Assembly: GCA_964016885.1 (NCBI GenBank)
Contig: OZ024741.1
Location: forward strand, 164,114,001-164,178,000
Reading direction: 5' to 3'
DNA length: 64,000 nt
From: Eledone cirrhosa
Taxonomy: Eukaryota
Part shown: piece by piece, positions 1 to 13,672 of the stretch
Layout: every line of letters begins with the position of its first letter
Position numbering within the stretch: the stretch's first letter is position 1
Notes under the pieces: model-generated
What the model was told of the DNA's origin: nothing
The model's input: only the letters and a program-made list of their open reading frames with translations
The model's database searches: none
Position numbers and translations under genes: made by a program

Positions 1-37
1 TAACTGATATAAAGCACTCAACAAATTATTGGAGTAA

Positions 38-374
38 ATATACAATATATTAACAAATGGAAACTATATTTATAAAACCATATTAATTTCATTATACATA
101 TTTCAAGGGCCACCAGAGCAAACTAGGGTGCGTTTTCATCAGATAAAATGTAATATAGGTTAGTTTTATAAATAAATATTGACTATCCAGGAGATTCCAA
201 CCAGAATGGTTGCATTTTTTAAGGATATGTCAATATTTATTTATAAAACTAACCTATATTATATTTTATATGATGAAAGCGCACCATAGTTTGCTCTGGT
301 GGCCCTTGGAATATGTATAATGAAATAAATATGGTTTTTATAAATATAGTTTCCATTTGTTAATATATTGTATA
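38..374. repeat. Fold-back inverted repeat (~146-bp arms) derived from a PLE pseudo-LTR
   Basis: 38-183 is the near reverse complement of 229-374. The arms contain an HHR core. Confidence 0.85.
86..149 (-). ncRNA. Type I hammerhead ribozyme motif (weak stem II)
   Basis: Minus strand reads ATTTTAT-CTGATGA-...CACC..GGTG..-GAAA-TATGTA-TA-ATGAAAT. The mirror copy near 270 has C3 mutated (ATGATGA). Confidence 0.55.
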
Positions 375-390
375 TATATATATATATATA

Positions 391-449
391 TGGCGGTGGC
401 CTAGCATAGCCTCAGCCGGATGACTGGAATAGGTAAAAGGGTAAAAGAG
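391..449 (+). mobile_element. SINE/LINE 3' tail fragment
   Basis: GGCGGTGGCCTAGCATAGCC...GACTGGAATAGGTAAAAG between (TA)n tracts. Resembles recalled octopus SINE tails. Confidence 0.4.
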
Positions 450-450
450 T

Positions 451-481
<31 letters not shown>

Positions 482-680
482 TTAAGGATACTATTTATGG
501 TTATGTATATACTAAAACCTTTTATAGTTATATATATTTTAAACCCTAAACAGTGAAAGACAGTAATTTATTACTACCTTATTACCAGTAAGATAAATAG
601 TTCAATGTAATAACATCACTTGTTCTACAGAGCAGTTATATAGAAATTGCATGAATCAAAGTTCTGTTCAAATCATTTAT

Positions 681-729
681 TCGCTTACAATTGTTTCTTC
701 CAAACCGAGGTTTGAAGTCTTCGGAGCAA
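681..729 (-). ncRNA. Type I hammerhead motif (U4C variant) in PLE 3' pseudo-LTR
   Basis: TTGCT-CCGAAGA-CTTCAAAC/GTTTGGAA-GAAAC-AATT-GTA-AGCGA. Confidence 0.6.
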
Positions 730-2329
730 TTTTTCAATGATTGTTTACATACATGACCTCCTTTCCAACACAAAAGACATACAGAAACATATGTATATAT
801 TGATGCACAGTGGGTTGACATCCATCATAATATTTTAGCATGGCAATTTACATTCAAAGATTAAAGTCATATTAAAAGAAAACAAGATTAAAGTTAAAAT
901 ACAACATTGGCAGTTTACGAAGATGATGCAAGAGGATAGTTAGAGTATGCAATAGTTACACGTGGGGCATGCACGTGTATCTTATTTATATAAGGTTATA
1001 GTGCGGCAGGGTGTTATATGTAATACAAGTATTTTAAGCGGGCAATCAAGAGTATTATGGGGGTTGTATTGGTAAAGTATCTTTTTATATGTATGATATA
1101 GAAGCTTGTGTGCAGAGAAATATTAACAATATTAAAAATGATAAGCAAAACACTGTTATCGTTTTCGTATACCCCACCATTTTCACAATCCAGGAAACGT
1201 AATATATGGATTATATGTCCTTCACATAATCTACGATGATTCAATATTGGATGCTTGATGAATTATGTTAGAATATTACAGCTTGTTGTTCTTCAATCCA
1301 ATTTTATAGAGCAGGTTGTTTTTGTTGCGAGAATCAACATCGTATTATTTTCCGGAAGTATGTGTGTGATTAAGGGGAGTTAATGCGTGAGCGGAGGTAA
1401 CTAGCTGATTTCTATAACTAAATTTATTATCCTAATGTACATTAAATGGTGTCTCAAATGAGTCCCTATCATATAAGGTTATAAACAGTTTCTAAATTTA
1501 AGTATAAATTACAGTGTAGTCTATCAAGAAGTACCAAAGGTGTTCATATTAGGATGATTACCTTCTATCATATAGTGCCACAACTGAATATTCCACATGA
1601 AGAGTCAGATCCCCAAATCAATTATCTTTGTAAGTGTAGTCTACCCGCAGAACCTGGCAGGGTTTTATTAGAATCACTTCTATATATAACTCCTGGTAAG
1701 CTCTGGGTCAGTGCATGTCTGATTGCATGGCAAAGTTAAATATCACTAGGGTAGACCAGAGATCAATTCTCACTTACAATGTCACTAATCTGACCATCAA
1801 GTCATACATGTATGTATAACTCATATATCATTAGTACATAATTCATTGCACTCAGCATATAGGTTACATAGCGCTTATATGTTAATAAATTAATTAATCT
1901 CCCATTTATCCAATGATGGCACTCCATACACAGAACAACATTAGCACAACCAATTCAGTGTTTACAGTTTGCATTAATTATATAGTGGTGTAATGTAAGT
2001 GAAGGCAATTATACCAAAAGTAGATGTACATGGGGATATCTCTAGGGTAAAAGGTTCTAGAAGGATGTCACTATTTGTGTTAAAGTGGATCAATGAGTGT
2101 GGAGATGTGGTGTAAGGTGTTCCCTTGAGGTTTGTTGCTAGAGCTGGTGACGGGTTCAAGTCTGACATTGTTATATATTGGGTTTAAAGTTTTGGAAGGA
2201 GTGTCGGAAGCGGTGCTGGCAAGACGCGAACACTTCTGATTTTTTATTAAGGAGGTTATGGTTTGAGTAGATAATAGTATGGGTCTCTAGTAGACAGAGG
2301 TTACAAAATTTATTAGGCGGTGTGTACGA

Positions 2330-3870
2330 TGTCGCGTTACCTATCACTTCCCATTTAAGTGTATAAGATTTATTTTTAGTTTTTAGATAGTGTATGTAGC
2401 TAGATAGTGAAGTGGAGTTGGCTAGACTGTGTTTTTTGAAAGAGTGGAGGTGCGAATTGTATCTGGTTTTGAAGCAGTTTGAAGTAGAGTCTATATAGGT
2501 TTCAGAAGAGTTGCTAGTTGTGACGGTGCATGAGTATATGATATCCTTGATTAAGCATTTTTTATCTAAAGGGCAGGTTCTATTAGATCTACAGTTACAA
2601 TTATTCTGGGTGTTAGTCTGCCGGTTATTATGTTGTGTAGAAGTCTGGATGGTAGCTATAGGATTATGGTTATGGGGTTGTCGTTCCCAGCGTTATTGCT
2701 TACACTAGTGCTATTACTATTATTACTATTGTTATTAGGGTTAGTTGATATAATGTTATTTTGAAGGTTTATCGTCTGTTGTGATTTAGTTTGTTGGAAG
2801 TAAGAATTAATTTTTCTTTTATTGCTACTAGCTATGTGGTATGCTATGTTAGGCGTAGTAGATAGGAGATTTTAATAGTGTTTTTGTTTAAAAGGCTATG
2901 GTACTTGTGGCCAAATGGGAAGTTTTTATCTAGTAGTGAGAAGAAAGCCCTAGGTAGGTTGGTAGAGACGTTTAGATTGAAAGGAGGGATGAAAATGTAT
3001 TATTTCTTCTTCTATTTTTGTTTTTTATGTCTGGTGAGTTGTTTCCTTTTATGGTACTATGGTAATTTCTGTGGTGTGGGTTACTTTTGTTGGCATCCTC
3101 TGTATTAGTGTGTGTGTGGTTGCTATTCTTATTACTAAATTTCCTCATGGACATATTGTGCGAAATAATGTTGTAGCTATCTGTTTTTGTAGGTAGGAAC
3201 TCGATCTCTATATTATGGCCTGATCTAGCTAATGCCTGATTATAATATTGCGAGTTTTTGCTAAATATGTTTACGTCATAGGATAGATTGGAGATTCTAT
3301 TAGATACTCCCTTAGAGATAGAGTTCAATATTGATCTAGGCTGGTTAGACTTGGTATCTACGTAAATGAGTTTTTCGTTAGGTTTATGGAAAGGTGTATA
3401 TATCTTTGAGTCTAGGTAGAGGGTGGCGTCCAGGAAGTTAACGTTTTTAGTGTGTTTGTCCATGGTGATACTAAGGTTATAGTTTTTGAATGTCTTGTGC
3501 AATAGTTTTCTAGTTCTTTCTATATTGAATTTTTTATAGTCTATAAGTAGAAGTGCATCATAGCGGTACAAACCACCGTTGAGGTATGGAAGGTCCTTAA
3601 GGATTTCGTTAAGTAAATATAGGCCGATCAAATCAGTACCTGTGCCGAGTCACTAGATCCCATGGTTAAGTCGAAGTTGTTTTGCGTATCTTTGCGGGTC
3701 CATAATTGGTTTTCAAAGGTGATTGCGGTTTTACGGACCGCAAGTATGACATCAATCTGGGGTCTAGTCAGGTTACTATTGTCCATGGCCAGGATTAGTG
3801 CCTTATTTAATAGGATAGGGGAAATAGAGGTGTAGTATGAATTGATATCAAATTGAATAAATTTTCTATC
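2330..3870 (-). pseudogene. Decayed PLE RT + GIY-YIG endonuclease
   Basis: GLYRYD (from YRDD), VNFLDATL and FHKPNEKLIYV in ORF 2972..3631. CNCRSNRTCPLDKKCLIKDIIYSC...FKTRYNSH at about 2450-2600. Confidence 0.9.
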
Positions 3871-4712
3871 TATGATAGAGGGTAATCATCCTAATATGGA
3901 TACCTTTGGTACTTCTTGATAGACTACACTGTAATTTATACTTAAATTTAGAAACTGTTTATAACCTTATATGATAGGGACTCATTTGAGATACCATTTA
4001 ATGTACATTAGGATAATAAATTTAGTTATAGAAATCAGCTAGTTACCTCCGCTCACGCATTAACTCCCTTAATCACACACACACTTCCGGAAAATAATAC
4101 GATGTTGATTCTCGCAACAAAAACAACCTGCTCTATAAAATTGGATTGAAGAACAACAAGCTGTAATATTCTAACATAATTCATCAAGCATCCAATATTG
4201 AATCATCGTAGATTATGTGAAGGACATATAATCCATATATTACGTTTCCTGGATTGTGAAAATGGTGGGGTATACGAAAACGATAACAGTGTTTTGCTTA
4301 TCATTTTTAATATTGTTAATATTTCTCTGCACACAAGCTTCTATATCATACATATAAAAAGATACTTTACCAATACAACCCCCATAATACTCTTGATTGC
4401 CCGCTTAAAATGCTTGTATTGCATATAACACCCTGCCGCACTATAACCTTATATAAATAAGATACACGTGCATGCCCCACGTGTAACTATTGCATACTCT
4501 AACTATCCTCTTGCATCATCTTCGTAAACTGCCAATGTTGTATTTTAACTTTAATCTTGTTTTCTTTTAATATGACTTTAATCTTTGAATGTAAATTGCC
4601 ATGCTAAAATATTATGATGGATGTCAACCCACTGTGCATCAATATATACATATGTTTCTGTATGTCTTTTGTGTTGGAAAGGAGGTCATGTATGTAAACA
4701 ATCATTGAAAAA

Positions 4713-4761
4713 TTGCTCCGAAGACTTCAAACCTCGGTTTGGAAGAAACAATTGTAAGCGA
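4713..4761 (+). ncRNA. Type I hammerhead motif (U4C variant), inverted pseudo-LTR copy
   Basis: Reverse complement of 681-729. Confidence 0.6.
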
Positions 4762-4794
4762 ATAAATGATTTGAACAGAACTTTGATTCATGTA

Positions 4795-4839
<45 letters not shown>

Positions 4840-5081
4840 AAGAGTGACGAATAACATGGTCAACAGTACAAAAAGGGTTTTATTTACAGCATTAACAATT
4901 GTTTCATTGATTAAGTTGTCTTAAAATTGCTAATCACTTGAAGTTGTGTCACTCAATTTTAAATACGATGTATGCTTAACCAAATTATCAGAAAAATTGA
5001 ATAAAATTATACATAGCGTTTACAAATTCAAATTAGAATATCAGTAATAAAGAAAGAAAAAGAAAAAGAAGAAAAAAGGAA

Positions 5082-5157
<76 letters not shown>

Positions 5158-5905
5158 AAAAGAATAAAGAAAAAAGATAAAGAAAAAGAAAAATAGAGAG
5201 AAAAAATAAAAGTATTGATAATAAATGAATAATAATAAATAAGTTATAGCGAAGATGATAAAAAATAAATGAAACAATTTATGTGTGCGAAGAAAATGAA
5301 CATAATATGATTGTTGAAAATAGTTGTGGTGTTGGTGGTTAAAATATAAATATATGATGGTATAAAAAGGAAAGTATTAAATATATTCATATATTTATTA
5401 GTTAAATTAATAAATTGGAAGTTATATTAGAAGTGAAGATAATACAATAGGTTATAATGTAAGATATGAAATATATTTAGGGAAAGAAATTGAAAGATGT
5501 AAAATGAAAGAGAGAAAATATAATAGGTTATGATGTTGATTCATTGACAGTTAATAACAATAATAACAACAATCATGATGATAATGGGTTATTATAATAG
5601 ACTCAGGTGGTATAATTTGAGTTATGGAATTGTTGGGTCGAATCAAGTTGGTTTGAAATTATCGAATTTATTTGCTGCTTTATGTGTACAGAAAATTGAC
5701 CGTTCAATGTTGCTGTTAAGCAGCATTTTGTCATATTTTAAAATAAGGAATAATTCCATATTGCAAAGTCTACAGTGGGACATACCAATTTTGTAGGCCA
5801 TTGCCCCTGGCAATTTAGACCAGCTAATCCTGTATTCTTGGTTTGTATCTTTAAGCTGCCAGATTTTATTGGCGAGCGTTGTTGTATTCATTAGTTTACG
5901 GTTCT
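4840..5905 (-). mobile_element. PLE 3' fragment (GIY-YIG C-terminus + 3' UTR)
   Basis: ORF 5643..5891 has TTLANKIWQLK, CRLCNME, LLN and CTHK. A degenerate HHR-like fold lies at 4890-4996 (CTGATAA...GAAAC-AATT-GTT). Confidence 0.8.
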
Positions 5906-6189
5906 TTATAGAGTCTCTGTGGACGTACTATCTTTTTCTAAACTCCCCAACAACAGTATTCTATTATGACCTGGGTGTTTCTTTTTTCTTTTTTCAAGAT
6001 GGTAGGGTGCAATTTGGGGTGGGAAAGTAGCTGCCTTATCGAACAAGTCGAGTGACCACATAAAAATTCTCCCGTCGCCTCTGGCTCCTGGTATTTCTCC
6101 GTGGTGCAAAACTTTAAAAATCTGTAATCTTATAGGACATTCGGTTTAATTGGTTTAAAGTGTGACATCAACCTATTTTTTCAGTTTTA

Positions 6190-8278
6190 TTTTTGCTGTA
6201 CAGATGGGTTACCTACTGTATATTTGCTGTACAGATGAGTAACCTACTGTATATTTTCTGTACAGATGGGTTACCTACTTTATATTTGCTGTACAGATGA
6301 GTAACCTACTTTATATTTGCTGTACAGATGGGTTACCTGCTTTATATTTGCTGTACAGATGGGTTACTTACTGTATATTTGCTGTACAGATGGGTTACCT
6401 ACTTTATATTTGCTGTACAGATGGATTACCTACTTTATATTTGCTGTACAGATGAGTAACCTACTTTATATTTGCTGTACAGATGGATTACCTACTTTAT
6501 ATTTGCTGTACAGATGGGTTACTGCTTTATATTTGCTGTACAGATGGGTTACCTACTGTATATTTGCTGTACAGATGGGTTACCTACTTTATATTTGCTG
6601 TACAAATGGGGTACTACTTTATATTTGGTGTACAGATGGGTTACCTACTTTATATTTGCTGTACAGATGGTTTACCTACTTTATATTTGCTGTACAGATG
6701 GGTTACTACTTTATATTTTCTGTACAGATGGGTTACCTACTGTATATTTGCTGTACAGATGAGTTACCTACTGTATATTTGCTGTACAGATGGGTTACTA
6801 CTTTATATTTTCTGTACAGATGGGTTACCTACTTTATATTTGCTGTACAGATGGGTTACCTACTGTATATTTGCTGTACAGATGGGTTACCTACTTTATA
6901 TTTGCTGTACAGATGGGTTACCTACTGTATATTTGCTGTACAGATGGGTTACATACTGTATATTTGCTGTACAGATGGGTTACCTACTGGATATTTGCTG
7001 TACAGATGTGTTACCTGCTTTATATTTGCTGTACAGATGGGTTACCTCCTTTATATTTGCTGTACAGATGGGTTACCTACTGTATATTTGCTGTACAGAT
7101 GGGTTACCTACTTTATATTTGCTGTACAGATGGGTTACCTACTTTATATTTGCTGTACAGATGGGTTACCTACTTTATATTTGCTGTACATATGGGTTAC
7201 CTACTTTATATTTGCTGTACAGATGGGGTACCCACTTTATATTTGCTGTAGAGATGAGTAACCTACTTTATATTTGCTGTACAGATGGGTTAACTGCTTT
7301 ATATTTGCTGTACAGATTGGTTACCTACTTTATATTTGCTGTACAGATGGGTTACCTACTGTATATTTGCTGTACAGATGGGTTACCTACTTTATATTTG
7401 CTGTACAAATGGGGTACTACTTTATATTTGGTGTACAGATGGGTTACCTACTTTATATTTGCTGTACAGATGGTTTACCTACTTTATATTTGCTGTACAG
7501 ATGGGTTACTACTTTATATTTTCTGTACAGATGGGTTACCTACTGTATATTTGCTGTACAGATGAGTTACCTACTGTATATTTGCTGTACAGATGGGTTA
7601 CTACTTTATATTTTCTGTACAGATGGGTTACCTACTTTATATTTGCTGTACAGATGGGTTACCTACTGTATATTTGCTGTACAGATGGGTTACCTACTTT
7701 ATATTTGCTGTACAGATGGGTTACCTACTGTATATTTGCTGTACAGATGGGTTACATACTGTATATTTGCTGTACAGATGGGTTACCTACTGGATATTTG
7801 CTGTACAGATGTGTTACCTGCTTTATATTTGCTGTACAGATGGGTTACCTCCTTTATATTTGCTGTACAGATGGGTTACCTACTGTATATTTGCTGTACA
7901 GATGGGTTACCTACTTTATATTTGCTGTACAGATGGGTTACCTACTTTATATTTGCTGTACAGATGGGTTACCTACTTTATATTTGCTGTACATATGGGT
8001 TACCTACTTTATATTTGCTGTACAGATGGGGTACCCACTTTATATTTGCTGTAGAGATGAGTAACCTACTTTATATTTGCTGTACAGATGGGTTAACTGC
8101 TTTATATTTGCTGTACAGATTGGTTACCTACTTTATATTTGCTGTACAGATGGGTTACCTACTGCATATTTGCTGTACAGATGGGTTACCTGCTTTATAT
8201 TTGCTGTACAGATGTGTTACCTACTGTATATTTGCTGTACAGATGGGTTACCTACTGCATATTTGCTGTACAGATGGG
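6190..8278. repeat. 31-bp tandem satellite (~67 units) with an 803-bp higher-order duplication
   Basis: Unit TATATTTGCTGTACAGATGGGTTACCTACT(T/G). Variant units recur at +803 (6601/7404; identical ORFs 6790..7251 and 7593..8054). Confidence 0.97.
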
Positions 8279-8417
8279 CAAACATCTGTTATTAGTTAGC
8301 TTCTTTCCCTAGCCTCAGATTTTTTTTCTGATCACTCGAGGACCGAAGGGCAGTGCCCATAACTCATTTCAAGACCTCCAGAATTGTTTGAAAGGAAAAC
8401 AAAGTCTGAATACTTGC

Positions 8418-8451
8418 AATCGAGAAAGGACCTCGTGGTCCTTTCTCGATT
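8418..8451. other. Perfect 15-bp stem hairpin
   Basis: AATCGAGAAAGGACC-TCGT-GGTCCTTTCTCGATT. Confidence 0.9.
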
Positions 8452-9003
8452 CTAAAGAGTTATGTTACGTTATTACTCTTTAATTTTCTTCATTATTTTC
8501 AGCAGAAAATATAACTGTAGTTTATGTTTTCACTGAAATGCTGCTCTACATATTTATTGGCTGTGTTTTATTTTCTTTACTAGTATCAACTGATATTTAA
8601 GTGTGACAAAAACTTCATTGTCAGCGATCTAGCTCCTCCGAACATATTTGTCTATCCTTTGATAAATTTTAACACAACATCTATTTCTACTCTTGATATA
8701 GTTTAACACCATATTTTGATATATTTGATTTGCTCGATATTTTTCTCGGAGACTTCTATCGTAGTTATACGCTTCTATACCTTACACCGGAAATGTTCTT
8801 TTGTCCTGGAAGGGTTTCTCATTTTTATCAAGGAAACACTATGTTTCAGGTTTATACACACAAACACACACACAAGCACGCACGCACACACTCACACACA
8901 CACACAAGCACGCACGCACACACTCACACACACACACATACACGCACGCGCGCGCACACACACGCATACACACATGCGCACGCGCATGCACACATACGTA
9001 AAA

Positions 9004-9117
9004 TTGGCAGAGGCGTTAGAACATTGGTTAGACTGCTTTCCTGTATTCGTTCCAGTTATCTGCACTTTGAATTCAAATTCCGTCTAGATCGATTTTGCCT
9101 TTCATCCTTTCGAAGTG
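9004..9117 (+). mobile_element. Degenerate tRNA-derived SINE fragment
   Basis: TTGGCAG...GAATTCAAATTCC...TTTGCCTTTCATCCTT, similar to 17171-17530. Confidence 0.6.
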
Positions 9118-9568
9118 TATATAAACAGAGCAGCAATTCAGATCGGGGATCAATTCTGCGCCCCTTCCCCCCTCCCTTTTATCTCCCCACCCCCTTCTTA
9201 TATTACCCTCTCCTTCTTCCTCCCCCCCCCCCTCCCAGCTCCTATCTCTGTCTCTGTTTAAGAAAACAGAAACGAACAATGTATTCACACCCAGTTAATT
9301 AATATAAAACGTTTACAAATTTTTTACTCATTTCTCTTGTATTGTCCAACTGGTAGTAAAAATTATTGTCTACATAGGTTATGTTTGTCTCCGTGACTTT
9401 TAATGTGACAACTATATTTGTTTAATGACAGAAGGAATTTTGTTTTCGAATTGCAGAGATAATTTTTGTTAACATATACAGGAACTCCAGGTCCGAATAC
9501 ACTGAAATCAAACTCCCACTGTCACTGCCTCCGTCTCTCCTACTTTCCCCCACCTATCACTATTATAA

Positions 9569-10033
9569 ACAAATGGGGGCCCAAGCGCTGGCCATCACTC
9601 GCTGGACGCCACACGGCCCGGCAGACAGAATAGAGAAGGTGTTTCCCCCGAAGGATGGTGAGGGAGACGCGCTGGAAGAGCCATTCCATCTCGCGAAGTT
9701 CACAGCTGCGGGTAGCCAACTCTGTGCTGATGGTGGTGAGTGTGGAGGTGGTCCTGGGCCCAAGGACACCAGAAGTCTCCACTGCTACGGGCTTGACCAC
9801 AAACCTGTCAGAGAGAAACCGATATTTGGAGAGTTTACGCTCCTCGGCCCGAAGTGCAGCAGAGCTTGGGTTAGTCGCAGGTTACTGCACCAGGTTACTG
9901 TTGGAGAAAGTGTCGCTGCATGTGACATCCCAAATGAGGGGTTTACCACCACGGAACGGGAAGATGATCATGCCATCTGGCCTTTTGCCGTCCCTTCGGT
10001 CCAGCCCCAAAGCCTGCAGCATCCACGCCATGC
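9569..10033 (-). mobile_element. CRE-clade non-LTR retrotransposon 3' fragment (restriction-like endonuclease)
   Basis: KRPDG, WDVTC, KYR, PVAVETSG and WLFQRVS motifs. Homologous to 33580-34014. Confidence 0.85.
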
Positions 10034-10587
10034 TTTATGACCTCGTTAATTATAAGTTGTAATGAACAGAAGAGTCAATATTCGCAATATCTTTTACGAT
10101 CATGTTTTTTATGATTTAATTTTAAAGATATAGATTATGTTTTTCTTTACGATTTAGTTGGGTTTTTTTGTTTTATTTACTTATTTTTTATTTATTTATT
10201 TTTGTGAGGTTGTTTTTAATCAGTTCAAAACTGTAGAAATTTATTACAGGTGATAATCGTAAGGGAGCTTTGCTATTCCAAGGCCTTAACTTCCTTATCA
10301 CCTACGGTAATGCCGTGGCCTTTACTTGCCTCCAAAATATTTAGAAGGAAAGACCAGCATTCCCTGTTGTTCAAGAGTGTAATTCAGGCAGTGTTCTTTT
10401 TCTCTTTGTCTTTCTGACTCATTTTATCGATTTGTTTATTTTGTAAATCATATATTAGTAAGGCTACACACACATCTATATTATGTGCACATAAACATAC
10501 ACACACACACGCACACACACACCACACACACACATGCGAAGAGCGGGAAGACCACTAATCATAGTACTCGACGTATGGTGGAGATAC

Positions 10588-10665
<78 letters not shown>

Positions 10666-10747
10666 AAAAAGAGATGAAATCGAAAATGCAACTGGAGTCT
10701 TATTTTTTTTTTATTTTTTTTTTTTAAATATATATATTTATTTGGTT

Positions 10748-10785
10748 CCTTTACCGGTTTCGCAGTTCTTCTGCTTTTCAAAAGG
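10748..10785 (-). ncRNA. Minimal type I hammerhead, U3-A8 variant
   Basis: CCTT-TTGAAAA-GCAG-AAGAA-CTGC-GAAA-CCGG-TA-AAGG. Confidence 0.7.
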
Positions 10786-10857
10786 TGAGTTGAGATGGAG
10801 GGTCTGTGGTTTTTCTCACATCTGTGAGAAAAACCACAGGCCCTCCATCTCAACTCA

Positions 10858-10895
10858 CCTTTTGAAAAGCAGAAGAACTGCGAAACCGGTAAAGG
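10858..10895 (+). ncRNA. Minimal type I hammerhead, U3-A8 variant
   Basis: CCTT-TTGAAAA-GCAG-AAGAA-CTGC-GAAA-CCGG-TA-AAGG, with palindromic stem III ACCGGT. Confidence 0.7.
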
Positions 10896-11026
10896 AACCA
10901 AATAAATATATATATTTTTTAAAAAAATAAGACTCCAGTTGCTTTTTCGATTTCATCGCTTTTTCTTTATACTTCCACTCGTGTAGGACACCTCGGTTAT
11001 TTTTCATTTTGTAAAAAAAACCTCAC

Positions 11027-11089
<63 letters not shown>

Positions 11090-11090
<1 letters not shown>

Positions 11091-11183
11091 GAGGTGGGTC
11101 AGAAAAGTTCCAGGACTGATAAAATAAAGTACCAGTAATGTACTTGGTATTTGCTGGCCTTGTGCCTAAAGTAGAAACAATTA
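11090..11183 (+). mobile_element. Mariner TIR fragment joined to a SINE 3' end
   Basis: CGAGGTGGGTCAGAAAAGTTCCAGGACTGAT matches the TIR at 43653. It is followed by the SINE tail GTACCAGTAATG...GTAGAAACAATT. Confidence 0.7.
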
Positions 11184-11495
11184 TCTATAAAAGGCAGATT
11201 GTTGTTGTTGTGTGTGTGTGTGTGTCTGTGTGTGTGTGTGTGCATGTTCCATGTTTATACATTTGCACAATTTCAAACCGATTCGACTCAAAGTCTGTAT
11301 GAATTACGGAAATAATCGATAAAACTAAATACTTGACGCTTTACCTCTCTAATAGAATCTGATTACCTCTCTCTACTCCCCTTAAAATTCGATAAAACTA
11401 CATACATGCTGCAACTTTCTCTTATATACGCTTAAACCCCCTCCTTATAGACTTCCTTTAGGAACGCCGAAGAAAGAAGAGAGAAAGAAATGAAG

Positions 11496-11539
<44 letters not shown>

Positions 11540-12248
11540 GGAGAGAGAGAGAGAGAGAACGTTTGTTTTTGAGTGTGGAATGGTCAAACATTTATTTACT
11601 TCAATGACAACGAAGAGAACTTATTACATTCCATACCAAACAACAATTATTCAAAAGCAACAGATAAATTTATTCAACAACAAAAAATTAACGATAAATC
11701 TTTTTTAAAACATCTCTTAACGAACGTGGAAGAAAGAAGTATCAGTTTATTTACTATACACAACAATATCCTCTATGAGATCACTAAACCTGCTAGATAC
11801 AGCAGTTAACTCTCCCCCATATCACACCCCTCCCTACTGTCTTAAATGTAGAAAACACATATCCACTATGAGGTCATCTAACCTGCTAGAAACAACAGCT
11901 AACTATCCCCCATATCACACCCCTCCCTACTGTCTTAAATTTAGAAAACACACATTAGACAACCATGCAGAACAACTCCATTGCAGCTCTGTTGTTCGGC
12001 TGGCATCGTCTACGCGCGTGTTGCGCAAGTACTGTGAAACAATAAATTTCAACACTTCTTTGCACAGAGATAATATCCATAGGCGAAAGTACAATTGTCA
12101 CTGCTGGCGTAGCTCCTGCTTCGGCAGTCCAGGTCTGCAATTTATTCACCCAGTGCCTGGCAGACAAAAAAGTGCTGCCATAAAATGGGTGGTGCAACCT
12201 AACTTTGGTAACTTACTGATCCCGAGCAACGCCGGGCTTTAATGTTAG
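11184..12248 (+). mobile_element. Non-autonomous Helitron
   Basis: 5' A|TCTATAAAAGG followed by (GT)n. 3' hairpin CCCGAGCAACGCCGGG then TTAG|T. Internal 93-bp tandem duplication at 11775-11955. Confidence 0.6.
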
Positions 12249-13524
<1,276 letters not shown>

Positions 13525-13590
13525 GACGTAAAATAAGAAAATATTTTTTTTTTTAAATTTTAAAAAAATTTTTTACTTACTTAAATTTCC

Positions 13591-13672
13591 ACTCCAACTA
13601 ATTAGTTTCTGCAATGGGATAAAGACAGTTACGTAATCCAACTGTCGAGAATTCATTGCGTCATCAGGGAGT
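13591..13672 (-). ncRNA. Type I hammerhead ribozyme
   Basis: ACTCC-CTGATGA-C-GCAATG..GACAGTT..AACTGTC..CATTGC-A-GAAAC-TAATTA-GTT|GGAGT. Confidence 0.85.

Larger units (their letters stand above)
639..4803 (-). mobile_element. Penelope-like element (Naiad type), 5'-truncated, with inverted pseudo-LTR
   Basis: 639-1572 and 3871-4803 are ~930-bp inverted copies (mirror ORFs 636..821/4621..4836 and 1014..1244/4198..4428). RT and GIY-YIG remnants lie between them. Confidence 0.9.
10661..10970. repeat. Near-perfect ~310-bp palindrome (2-nt loop at 10821-10822) carrying two hammerheads
   Basis: Arms 10661-10820 and 10823-10970 are reverse complements. Mirror ORFs 10476..10901(-) and 10742..10930(+). 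Confidence 0.92.

Noticed and set aside
5906-6109. 67-aa ORF as a host exon
   Set aside because: No recognisable domain and no strong donor. Kept only as a weak note in findings.
6317-8299. Long ORFs (up to 360 aa) and a CRISPR-like look in the 31-bp array
   Set aside because: The ORFs arise because the unit has no plus-strand stop codon. There are no unique spacers or cas genes, and the context is eukaryotic.
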